Assembly (NCBI GenBank): GCA_043811005.1
Contig: JBDRNO010000218.1
Coordinates: forward strand, 6,925-70,924
Length of the DNA stretch: 64,000 nucleotides
Origin: Bacteroidota bacterium
Lineage (GTDB): Bacteria > Bacteroidota > Bacteroidia > NORP154
Direction of reading: 5' to 3'
Shown here: positions 1 through 8,784 of the stretch, piece by piece
Numbering within the stretch: the stretch's first letter is position 1
How the letters are laid out: each line of letters starts with the position of its first letter
Position numbers and translations under genes: made by a program
The notes under the pieces: model-generated
The model's input: only the letters and a program-made list of their open reading frames with translations
Told to the model about the DNA's origin: nothing
The model's database searches: none

Positions 1-552
1 TAAATCTGCTGTTTTAATGGGTTTTTCAATTGGTGTTAATAAATCCTCTTCTTCTTTCTTTTTCTTTCTTTCATTTGCCTGCTTAATAAACTCAGTATTT
101 TCATCTTCAATAATTTTTTGAAGATCCCTGTCGAACATAATTATTTTCACATAATTATCTTCCAGATGTTTTATTCCTTTACCATAAACAGTATAATCCG
201 GATCAGTAATACCAACATAAACGGTTTTTATTCTTGCTTTTGAAGTCCGTTTGCAACAAGCTATTTTTGGAGGTGTTCTTTCAACACAAGGCTCAAGTGT
301 GGTAAACAAAATACAATCATCAAGTTTTTTGTTCCCAAGTTTTCTTTCAAGTAAGGTAAATTCCGCATGATCGCCATCTCTGAGTTCTCCTCTGTGAGCT
401 CTTTCAATTTTACCGTCCGGAAATAACAAAATTGTTCCAACCTTGGGCGGCACTTTACCATCTGGTCTTGGTTCATTCATGCTCTTATTCATCTCCTCAA
501 TTGCCAATTCCATGTAAGGCCTTGGATTAAATATTTCTTCTTTTTTTGCCAT
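1..552 (-). CDS. CDA-fold (RibD-like) zinc deaminase domain protein; 5' end complete, 3' end runs off the window
   Basis: Absent from the ORF track because there is no stop inside the window. ATG at 552, frame hand-translated and open to nt 1 (184 codons): MAKKEEIFNPRPYMELAIEEMNKS... Zinc-deaminase signature DGDHAEFTLLE ... TTLEPCVERTPPKIACC (H-A-E / P-C-x8-C-C, resembling the RibD TLEPC..TPPC motif). Starts 11 nt after the methyltransferase stop on the same strand. Confidence 0.6.
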   Translation of the reverse strand, partial: MAKKEEIFNPRPYMELAIEEMNKSMNEPRPDGKVPPKVGTILLFPDGKIERAHRGELRDGDHAEFTLLERKLGNKKLDDCILFTTLEPCVERTPPKIACCKRTSKARIKTVYVGITDPDYTVYGKGIKHLEDNYVKIIMFDRDLQKIIEDENTEFIKQANERKKKKEEEDLLTPIEKPIKTADL

Positions 553-563
553 AGTTCTTTATT

Positions 564-3500
564 TTATTCTTCCTCCCCATTCTCCAACTCTTTCCCCATC
601 CTGTATTTTATATCGTAATTGATAATAAAATCCAACTCCTCTGCCGTGAAACCGTAATGCTCGGCAAGGACGGTGTCTATTTCATCAATGATGGGTTTGG
701 ATAATCTTGGTTGAAACGATTGTATTTCAAGTATTCCTGCTCGCTTATCGTTTCGAATTTGAAAAATGGAATTCTCCACTAAATCTTTCAATAATTTGGC
801 TGAAAGAGATTCCATTATTTTAAGAATTGAATCGTCAATTTTATCTAATTCAACAGGGAACTTGAGAATTTCTCTTGAATTTACATTTCGGCAATCAGAA
901 AATGTAATGAAGAACCAAAAGAACAAATTACTATTTAAGACACATAATAAAGTATCTTTTTCATTTGCTGTTCCAACAGTTATTTCCTTTAATTCTGATG
1001 GTTCAATTTTATTTTTATGTTCATCGTAGATTACAGGTGGGTTTTCAAAGAACTGAATAAAATGCTGTAGTTTTCTTGTATATCTTACTTTATTGCTTGA
1101 TGACCTAACTATAACATTGGAAACCGTTAATTTCTTGTTTAATAAGGCTTTGAGAATTGATTTTTCAATATCAGAAGAAATTTTGGGATACCCACTAATA
1201 TTGAATAGATTATCCTTAACATCTTGAAATGAAAGTTTGCTAAATAAATTTTCACGCTCATCAGATAGCCACCTATAATATTTAGTGGTGAAATTAATTG
1301 AAGGGTCATTATTAGTACTGATAAAAATTGTTAACCTTTTATCTACACCGTCAAACAGCTTTGAAGGACGAACTCCAAAGTTTGAATAATAAAAACCTGT
1401 TTTACTTTTTGAGCAGACCTTGCGTAATGTGGAATATCCATCCGTTGAAACAATAGATATAGGAACAATCATTCCAATTCTTCCTTTAGAATTAAGCAAT
1501 GACAAAATTGCCCTTTCTATACACATTGCATATAAATCACCGCAAGGTACTGTTTCGTAGTTATTAAGTTTGCATTTCACATCTTTGAGTGAAACATAAG
1601 GCGGATTCCCAATCACTACATCAAACCCATCTTTGTCATGAATTATCTCATAAAACTCCGCAAACCAATGAAAAGGCTGGTGTGTTTCAATCCATTTTTC
1701 AAATTTCAAGCCTTCTGCTTGCTTATGTAGTAAAAGGTTTAATTCGTGATTCAGTTCTTTCAACCGTTTATTAAGGTCGTCTTTGGCAGTTTTAAAATCT
1801 TTGTAATCATCACCGGTGTTTAATTGTATTTCTTTGTATCGGGTGAATGCCCGTGCAACGATATCGCATTTTTCTTCAATTTCATTTTTAACAAGAGCAC
1901 CCATCATATCTTCAATCAGGCTTTTTTCCAATTCCTTTTCGGTTGCAAAACCAACAAGTGTATTTCCTGCCCTTATATTAAAATCAATATCCGGTAATGG
2001 TTCTAAACCTAAATTAGGTTTTCGGTAATCCACTTCAACTGTTGCCACTAATTTTAAAAATAAGCGGAGTTTGGCTATTTCAACAGCTTCATTCATTATG
2101 TCCACGCCATAAAGGTTTCGCAGTATGATGCTCTTGTATATGAAGTAGCTTAAATTTGGATGTTCGGGGCTTTTTACCTGTTCCAAAATTTCTTCAAAAA
2201 ACTTGTATTTTCCTTTAGCCGCTTCGGTAACAAAGTTTTCCATGCGCTGAATGCAACTTTCATAAAGCGGTTCTAAAATATTCATGGCTGCAAAAAGAAA
2301 TGCACCAGAACCACAGGTCGGGTCAATAATAGTAACGTTGTTGAGTGATTTGTAAAAATACTTCAGAAATTCATGGTCAGTTGTGCTTTCTACAACATCT
2401 TGTGCAAACTGGCGAATATTCAGGTTGTAGGTAATAAAATCATTGATGGTAGTTATTTCACCTTTTTCAATTTTGTTTTTTACTTCGGCATATCGGTTTC
2501 TGCGGTCAACTACTTCCCGCCATATTTCTGTCGGTAATGCAAATTTAGTTGGAGCAGCCTTGTTCCATTCTATACGTTTGCTAACATCTTTTATTCCAGT
2601 AGCTATTTTTGCGGGTAATTCTTCTTCAACTCCTTTTTTTACAGCATCGTAAATGTAAATGTCACCGCTTTGATTAGCAGATTGCCATATTTCACCATCG
2701 TTTAAAAATGCTTTTGGGTATTGGCGTTTTGTTTCATCAAACAAATAAGGTAGAATGCAATTTTTGCTGATGTAGTCAGTAATATCCTCCTTAGTGTAGT
2801 AAGCACCCATATTTGCCCTGTCGTTGATATACTTTTCAAAAATATATCCGATAACATCAGGGTTGATGTCCTTGCCTGTGGCTGTAATTCGTGTGTCGAG
2901 ATGCCATTCATACTGGTCGAAAAAATCAAAAATCCGTTCAAATGCTTTATCCTCAATGTCAATGGCGTTGTACATTTTCTCCAATTCGTGTTCGTCAAAC
3001 AAACCGCCATTGAGATAGGGAATTTTTCCGATTTCTATTTTAACTTCTTCCTTTTGATTAGTTTCATTTAAGCCCTGATGAAATAAAACTAAAAGGAAGT
3101 CCCGGTAAAATGAATAGAATTTATTTTTTCCTTTTTTAACCTGACAGGCATTTAATTTATCCCGCAGATAATTCTTGTTGTCATCCAAAAATCCCTTTTT
3201 TTGTATAAAATAGCAGAACATTAAGCGGTTAAGCATTAATGAAGCATACCATTCCTTGTTTACTTTTTGGTCAATTCCTTTAATGAAATTCAGAAATGAA
3301 GTATGCTCTTTTTTAAATTTATCATAAAACTGCTTTGTAACTTTTTCAGCGTTTGCATGGAAATTATCAGCCATTCGTTTTGTAACATCAACAATAGTAA
3401 TTTTTTCTTCTTCGTCCATTTCAAAGAAAATGCCTGATGCCCGCTGGTATAATAATTCAGGGTCTTGTGAAATGTGGTAGCGTGTTTCGGTAACTTTGGT

Positions 3501-3851
3501 TGGTTTGCCGGATTGTCTTACGACCAATTGCCAAATTTGCTCTTGGTTTTTAGCGTCACAGAAAATAATTAAATGCTCCTGAAACAGTTTTGTAACTTTA
3601 GTTTCAATTTTTTTACGGGTATTATAATCGGGAATAAGTCCTTTGTCGGTCGGATTGCCTGCCCGTTCCGCAGGCGGGCAAAGCAGGATTTTAAAACCAC
3701 TTTTTTCGGCAACTGCTTGTAGTGAAAAAGTAAAATTATCAACAGAAATGGGTTGTTTGGTTTTATCGTTATTCCAGCCCATTTCATTAAAAAGCATACG
3801 AAAATTGAACTGTTTTATGTAGCCGGAAAAATCATGTTTACTTATCGCCAT
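564..3851 (-). CDS. Large gamma-class N6-adenine DNA methyltransferase with C-terminal target-recognition region (Eco57I / type IIG / BREX PglX-like architecture)
   Basis: 1095 aa. SAM motif I IIDPTCGSGAFLF precedes catalytic motif IV VIGNPPYV (gamma order). Helical spacer with YLNGGLF and NPDVIGYIFEKY..GAYYT motifs typical of PglX/MmeI-type enzymes. N-terminal LFNEMGW domain. No recognisable PD-(D/E)xK nuclease motif seen. Confidence 0.85.
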   Translation of the reverse strand: MAISKHDFSGYIKQFNFRMLFNEMGWNNDKTKQPISVDNFTFSLQAVAEKSGFKILLCPPAERAGNPTDKGLIPDYNTRKKIETKVTKLFQEHLIIFCDAKNQEQIWQLVVRQSGKPTKVTETRYHISQDPELLYQRASGIFFEMDEEEKITIVDVTKRMADNFHANAEKVTKQFYDKFKKEHTSFLNFIKGIDQKVNKEWYASLMLNRLMFCYFIQKKGFLDDNKNYLRDKLNACQVKKGKNKFYSFYRDFLLVLFHQGLNETNQKEEVKIEIGKIPYLNGGLFDEHELEKMYNAIDIEDKAFERIFDFFDQYEWHLDTRITATGKDINPDVIGYIFEKYINDRANMGAYYTKEDITDYISKNCILPYLFDETKRQYPKAFLNDGEIWQSANQSGDIYIYDAVKKGVEEELPAKIATGIKDVSKRIEWNKAAPTKFALPTEIWREVVDRRNRYAEVKNKIEKGEITTINDFITYNLNIRQFAQDVVESTTDHEFLKYFYKSLNNVTIIDPTCGSGAFLFAAMNILEPLYESCIQRMENFVTEAAKGKYKFFEEILEQVKSPEHPNLSYFIYKSIILRNLYGVDIMNEAVEIAKLRLFLKLVATVEVDYRKPNLGLEPLPDIDFNIRAGNTLVGFATEKELEKSLIEDMMGALVKNEIEEKCDIVARAFTRYKEIQLNTGDDYKDFKTAKDDLNKRLKELNHELNLLLHKQAEGLKFEKWIETHQPFHWFAEFYEIIHDKDGFDVVIGNPPYVSLKDVKCKLNNYETVPCGDLYAMCIERAILSLLNSKGRIGMIVPISIVSTDGYSTLRKVCSKSKTGFYYSNFGVRPSKLFDGVDKRLTIFISTNNDPSINFTTKYYRWLSDERENLFSKLSFQDVKDNLFNISGYPKISSDIEKSILKALLNKKLTVSNVIVRSSSNKVRYTRKLQHFIQFFENPPVIYDEHKNKIEPSELKEITVGTANEKDTLLCVLNSNLFFWFFITFSDCRNVNSREILKFPVELDKIDDSILKIMESLSAKLLKDLVENSIFQIRNDKRAGILEIQSFQPRLSKPIIDEIDTVLAEHYGFTAEELDFIINYDIKYRMGKELENGEEE

Positions 3852-3854
3852 ATT

Positions 3855-4679
3855 CTATTTCAGTTTTGTTATTTGCCGATTAGCCATAAGCGATTTCATT
3901 TGGGTAATTGCTATTTGGTTCAATTGCTTCAATCGTTCAGGTTGGGATAAGCCTTGATTTATCAGTACTGCATTGATGCTTTCCATATTAGAAAGCACCA
4001 CCAATTGTTCAATAGTTGCTTCATCCCTGATGTTACCTTGTTTCTCAGGATTGGCATCCCGCCACTGCTTTGCTGTCGAACCGAATAAAGCTACATTTAG
4101 CATATCTGCTTCATTGGAATATACATAGTTTATCTGGTTTTTACTCAACTCTTTTGGAATAAGATTCTCTTTGATGGCATCGGTATGGATATGATAATTT
4201 ATTTTAGCAAGGGTTCGTTGCAAATTCCATTCAAGTTTTAGCCGGTCGTTTTCATCTTCCTTAAGTCGTTGGAATTCTTTGATAAAATAAAATTTAAATT
4301 CAGCACTTATCCATGTGGCAAATTCAAAAGCAATATCACGATGTGCAAAGGTTCCTCCATATCTTCCTGATTTAGATGTAATTCCAATTGCATTGGTGGT
4401 TTCTATCCATTTTTGCGGGGTAAGTGTGAAACTATTGGAGCCAGATTCATTTTTAAAAGCATCGAATTCGATGCTTTTAAAATTTGGATTATTCAATTGC
4501 TCCCATAATCCACAAAACTCTATAGCACTACGGGTACGAATCCAATTTTGAATAATGTAGTTCGTACGATCAGCATCTTTGTATCTTGCCATATCGGTCA
4601 GTGAAATGTAATCTGCTGACTTATCGGCAAACAATGCTATTTCCCGGCCTTTTACAATGATTGTCTTGTTTTTTGCCAT
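3855..4679 (-). CDS. KilA-N domain protein
   Basis: MAKNKTIIVKGREIALF..DYISLTDMARYK...NWIRTRSAIEFCGLWEQLNNPNF...GRYGGTFAHRDIAFEFATWIS matches the Bacteroidota KilA-N family often embedded in R-M loci. Start placed at the MAKNK ATG (4679). The track ORF extends to 4715 but would overlap the helicase 3' end. Confidence 0.75.
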   Translation of the reverse strand: MAKNKTIIVKGREIALFADKSADYISLTDMARYKDADRTNYIIQNWIRTRSAIEFCGLWEQLNNPNFKSIEFDAFKNESGSNSFTLTPQKWIETTNAIGITSKSGRYGGTFAHRDIAFEFATWISAEFKFYFIKEFQRLKEDENDRLKLEWNLQRTLAKINYHIHTDAIKENLIPKELSKNQINYVYSNEADMLNVALFGSTAKQWRDANPEKQGNIRDEATIEQLVVLSNMESINAVLINQGLSQPERLKQLNQIAITQMKSLMANRQITKLK

Positions 4680-4687
4680 GCCATGTA

Positions 4688-7600
4688 CTATTTGTTTATT
4701 AATCCCATTGAACAAATTATTTGAGGTTCTTTGTTGGGCATTTCATCCTGATTTACAATGCAAAGCTTATCTTCTTCACGCAAGGAAACGACAAGGTTAA
4801 CAAGATCTTCGTCAGAAATACCTGCTTTAAGCTGACGGTTCAATGTTTCCCTTGCGAATTCTTTAAATGGGTATTTATAAATATCATCAACGGCTTTCTT
4901 TAATGCATCGTTCACAAATATGGTATTTTCATATTCCTTACAATACCTGTCAAGACGCATGTAAACCCTGTATTTCGCACCGGTCTTTTTACCAAGTGAG
5001 CTACCGGTAATTTTCTCATCGACCCGGATATATTCAATACCTTTCTTTACAAGTTCATGATGTTTTAAGATTCTATACAGTGGTTCTACATCGGAGTTAC
5101 AAGCCGCTGCTTTTAGAATTGTAAGCTGTGATTGTGTAATAATATTTCCCTTGGTATTTACCCATGCAAGTACATCATTTTCATCATAAGTTCGGGTATA
5201 AACGATCACACCTTCTTTTTCAGCCGCCAGATTATTTTGTTTTGTAGCATAAATGACATTGGGTAAATTGGGTATTGTTTTTATAAATTCAGGTGTTTCA
5301 TCGGTTGCATTTTTCCATATTTGGAAAGCAAAAGAAGCTAAATCAACTTCGCTATCCCCATCTTCTTCGTCCAAAATACCAGATTTTTCGTTATAGAGAT
5401 CTTCAATATTAATTGGGTCGCCATCAAAAAAAACTTCATCGGATCCAACAACTTCAGCATTTTGACGTATGCGATTTGTAAGCCTGTGGCGCAGATTAAT
5501 TATTTGCTCAATTCCATCTTCCGGCAAAAACGAATAGCATATTATTTGTTCTGCCTTTTGTCCAATACGATCAACACGTCCTGCTCGTTGTATAAGCCTT
5601 ATTATTGCCCAAGGCAAATCATAATTCAAAATTATATGGGCATCCTGCAAATTCTGCCCTTCACTCAGAACATCTGTGGAAACTAAAACCCTGATGTCAT
5701 TTTTTGTTTCAGGTATTTTGTTGCTTACCGGACTAAAACGGTACGCCAATGCAGTTGGGTTTTCGCTATTTCCGGTAACGTGTTCAAGTTGTTCAAGTTT
5801 TCGGATTTTTAAATGCTCTGATAAATAATAAGCAGTATCGGCATACTGAGTAAATATCAGCACTTTTTCGTTTTTGTGTTTGTTAGATAACAGTTTGTGC
5901 AAAGCATTCAGTTTTCTATCTTCATTCACATTCCAATCGTTGCCTACTTTTAATATTTTTATTATATCAGAACAATCAGTTGACAATTGTTTGAGCAAAA
6001 CCGGAGCGAAAAATTCACTTCTTATCCAATCAAATTGATGTTTATACTTGCTGCTACTATACAATTCATAAACCTTTGATGCTTTTTTCAAATAAACATT
6101 TTCATTAAGTATAAAATTGATGGTATTTTCATCTTCACCATTATTATCAGTATCATTATCCTCCAGAAAATCATCAAGGTTTTGAGAAATGTTTTTGCCA
6201 ATAGGAACAGGTAAATTGTTTTGAATAGCATAGAAAAAAACATAGTTCCGCAAAATATGCCTGCTTATTGAAATAAGAAAAGAAAAGCCACTGCTTTCAA
6301 GTCTTTTAAAAAGATTTGTCCTGCAAAATCCCATTAATCGTTTTCCTGCACGTGATAAATTTGCTATGATTACTTCTTCCTCTTTAGTTGGTTTAATGGA
6401 AGGCTTTTGTAGTATATAATTTGCTAAACCGTAACGAGGCAAATCAAGTCCATTAATAATATCTACAACACTTTTGGAATATAGTTTTGCGTATTGGTCT
6501 TTTGGATTATCGGGGTTAAAGTCAAATTCAACTTTTTTAGGAATTCTATCAGGGAAATAAGACCGTGTTCCGTCTGAAAAAGTCAAATACTTTCTGTTTT
6601 TATCAGGGTCTAATTCTGCATAGTTTTCTTTAATAAAACTTCTTGTTCTGCGAACAAGATAAAGCCGCATTAATTCACGCCAATCATCTGCATAATGACT
6701 TTTTTCAAAAGCTTTAATACTGCGAATAAAAGTTTCTGTATGTTGTGCACCAAACTGTACTTGTCCGCCTATATTGTTTATATAATTTTCCGGACTAATT
6801 CCCAAATCTTTATCATCCGAAATAAAAAGACGAAGTTGATTTGATAAGTCCAAATAGGATTTGTTATAGGGAGTTGCAGAAAGTAAAATAACCTTACTGT
6901 CATTTTCTTCAAGATATGCTTTTATTGAACGATAACGACTACCCTGATCGTTTCGTAAGTTGTGGCTTTCATCTATTATTACAAGTTTATATCTGCGTAA
7001 ATCCGGCAGTTTTCTTTGTACTTCGCCTATTGAAATTACATTTGCCTTTAAATCATATCTGTTGATGTAGCCTGACCACATCGTTTTTAGATTTGGCGGG
7101 CAAATTACAAGCGTTGAATAGAAAAAATCCTCTTCAAATATTTTTGCTAAAGCACATGCTGTAATTGTCTTTCCTAACCCGACAACATCACCAATAAAAA
7201 CACCTTCGCGGCTGTTTAATTTTTTTGCTGCGATTAAAACGGCTGCTTGTTGAAAAGGCAGAAGTTCTTTTTTAAAGACTTTTGGAATTTTAAATTCATT
7301 CAATCCGGCTCTTGCTTCTTGTGAAAGATGATAAGCCATTTTCAGGTAAATATGATAAGGTGAAACCAAACGGTCTGCCGCCCAGCTATTATCAATGATA
7401 TCAATTAGTTCTTCAGTAATATCAATACACCAGCGATCTTTCCAACGATCATCAAACCATTTAGCTAATTTTGTTGCAGCATCCTGATCCATTACGTCAA
7501 CATTCAATTCTCCTTGTTTTGCAGGGCCGGCCAATGTCAGGTTACTGCTCCCCAAAAAACCAACTACCGGCACACGTTTATCTTCGCTGTAAGCTAAATA

Positions 7601-8047
7601 AAGCTTGGCATGCAAAGGATAGCGTAAATGAAGTTTAACGACTACCTTTTTATCTTTCATCTGTTGGCTTAACTTGCGTAAAGCCCCTTCATCTGCATCT
7701 GATGGCGTTCCAATTGTAAGTTGGTCTTTAAATTCCTGAGCTAATCGTTTTTTTAGTTTTACAGCTTCGTTTTGGTCGAGTATATAACCTTCATCCGCTT
7801 TGAAATAATCACGAAGTATGTCAACCGGTAATTTTTGCATACCAACTAATAGTCTGCATATTCTATGAAAATCATCCTTTTCTTCGGTTACTATTGATCC
7901 TGATAATGAATCAATTTTATCTGCAATTTCTTTCCAACCACGAAGATTAAAATAGCCTACACAAAAATCTGTTCTTTGAGAAACTTCTAAAGTTTCATTT
8001 AACCCTTGTGTAAGGTGGTTTTCAATATTGTCGTAAATCTTTGGCAT
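4688..8047 (-). CDS. PLD-family (HKD) nuclease domain fused to SNF2/SF2 helicase
   Basis: 1119 aa. N-terminal single HKD motif LHAKLYLAY..VVGFLGSSNLT. Helicase motifs GDVVGLGKT (I), LVIIDESHNLRN (II, DExH), LLSATPYNKS (III), STDVLSEGQNLQD (V), QRAGRVDRIGQ (VI). Confidence 0.85.
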   Translation of the reverse strand: MPKIYDNIENHLTQGLNETLEVSQRTDFCVGYFNLRGWKEIADKIDSLSGSIVTEEKDDFHRICRLLVGMQKLPVDILRDYFKADEGYILDQNEAVKLKKRLAQEFKDQLTIGTPSDADEGALRKLSQQMKDKKVVVKLHLRYPLHAKLYLAYSEDKRVPVVGFLGSSNLTLAGPAKQGELNVDVMDQDAATKLAKWFDDRWKDRWCIDITEELIDIIDNSWAADRLVSPYHIYLKMAYHLSQEARAGLNEFKIPKVFKKELLPFQQAAVLIAAKKLNSREGVFIGDVVGLGKTITACALAKIFEEDFFYSTLVICPPNLKTMWSGYINRYDLKANVISIGEVQRKLPDLRRYKLVIIDESHNLRNDQGSRYRSIKAYLEENDSKVILLSATPYNKSYLDLSNQLRLFISDDKDLGISPENYINNIGGQVQFGAQHTETFIRSIKAFEKSHYADDWRELMRLYLVRRTRSFIKENYAELDPDKNRKYLTFSDGTRSYFPDRIPKKVEFDFNPDNPKDQYAKLYSKSVVDIINGLDLPRYGLANYILQKPSIKPTKEEEVIIANLSRAGKRLMGFCRTNLFKRLESSGFSFLISISRHILRNYVFFYAIQNNLPVPIGKNISQNLDDFLEDNDTDNNGEDENTINFILNENVYLKKASKVYELYSSSKYKHQFDWIRSEFFAPVLLKQLSTDCSDIIKILKVGNDWNVNEDRKLNALHKLLSNKHKNEKVLIFTQYADTAYYLSEHLKIRKLEQLEHVTGNSENPTALAYRFSPVSNKIPETKNDIRVLVSTDVLSEGQNLQDAHIILNYDLPWAIIRLIQRAGRVDRIGQKAEQIICYSFLPEDGIEQIINLRHRLTNRIRQNAEVVGSDEVFFDGDPINIEDLYNEKSGILDEEDGDSEVDLASFAFQIWKNATDETPEFIKTIPNLPNVIYATKQNNLAAEKEGVIVYTRTYDENDVLAWVNTKGNIITQSQLTILKAAACNSDVEPLYRILKHHELVKKGIEYIRVDEKITGSSLGKKTGAKYRVYMRLDRYCKEYENTIFVNDALKKAVDDIYKYPFKEFARETLNRQLKAGISDEDLVNLVVSLREEDKLCIVNQDEMPNKEPQIICSMGLINK

Positions 8048-8207
8048 ATAATTAATTTAAATTCAAATGCGCCTTTTTCAAGATCAAGAATAGTTTTTCA
8101 GGTAATCCTATATGCATCATACTTTGCCCCGACATTCGACAAGGCAACTATATAGTATGATAGAGTTAAACTCAATGCACCGTCCACTCATCTTCGATAT
8201 CAAATGA

Positions 8208-8468
8208 TTACACAGATTTACCCATATCATATAATACATCCGGGCAAAAATCCAATCCGTTATTCCAATATATTGTTTCCCATTCGGGCTGTAACTTTAC
8301 ACTGTTAAAATAATCAGGATCCAATAGCGCTTTATATTTGCTGTTTTTTGTTTTACTTCTGGACTTTATTTTTTCTTCCAGATCAAGGATCTTTATCTCA
8401 CCCGTATTAAACCTTAAAGTAAGTTTATAAGGTTCTTTATTGATAATTTCTTTTATGAGATATAACAT
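8208..8468 (-). CDS. DUF2442-family small protein
   Basis: 86 aa; YKLTLRFNTGEIKILDLE ... IYWNNGLDFCPDVLY pattern typical of DUF2442. 7 nt downstream of the DUF4160 gene. Confidence 0.6.
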   Translation of the reverse strand: MLYLIKEIINKEPYKLTLRFNTGEIKILDLEEKIKSRSKTKNSKYKALLDPDYFNSVKLQPEWETIYWNNGLDFCPDVLYDMGKSV

Positions 8469-8475
8469 TTATGAT

Positions 8476-8739
8476 TTATTTTATTGGTTCAATTTTATTA
8501 ATTTCAGGATTATCTTTTTGGCTTTCTTCCCAATTTTCTATTAATTCATCTCTATGTAATTCAGTCCATGCCTGGATCAATCTCAACTGTTTTTTCGGAA
8601 AACTTCCTTCCATCAAGTCACCGGATTCTATTTCAAACCGTGCATTATACTCTCCATACCTTGCGTGAAAATGTGGTGGTGGATGATCATCTGCATACAT
8701 GGTTATAATTATTCCGAAAAATCTGCTTATCTCTGGCAT
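8476..8739 (-). CDS. DUF4160-family small protein
   Basis: 87 aa; MPEISRFFGIIITMYADDHPPPHFHARYGEYNA is the characteristic DUF4160 N-terminus. Confidence 0.65.
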   Translation of the reverse strand: MPEISRFFGIIITMYADDHPPPHFHARYGEYNARFEIESGDLMEGSFPKKQLRLIQAWTELHRDELIENWEESQKDNPEINKIEPIK

Positions 8740-8784
8740 ACCTTATTATTTAAAATTATCCTAATATAAAAAATTATAGGCATA

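Noticed and set aside
4680-4715. Longer start for the KilA-N ORF (MFNGINKQIVHG...)
   Set aside because: It would overlap the helicase 3' end by 28 nt. Family members as I recall them begin at MAKN.., which matches the ATG at 4679.
1-8047. Classifying the left-edge operon outright as BREX, DISARM, Type I or Type III R-M
   Set aside because: No PglZ/BrxC, DrmA/DrmB, HsdS/HsdR or Res-type genes are present in the visible part. The left side is cut by the window edge, so I only report it as unclassified.
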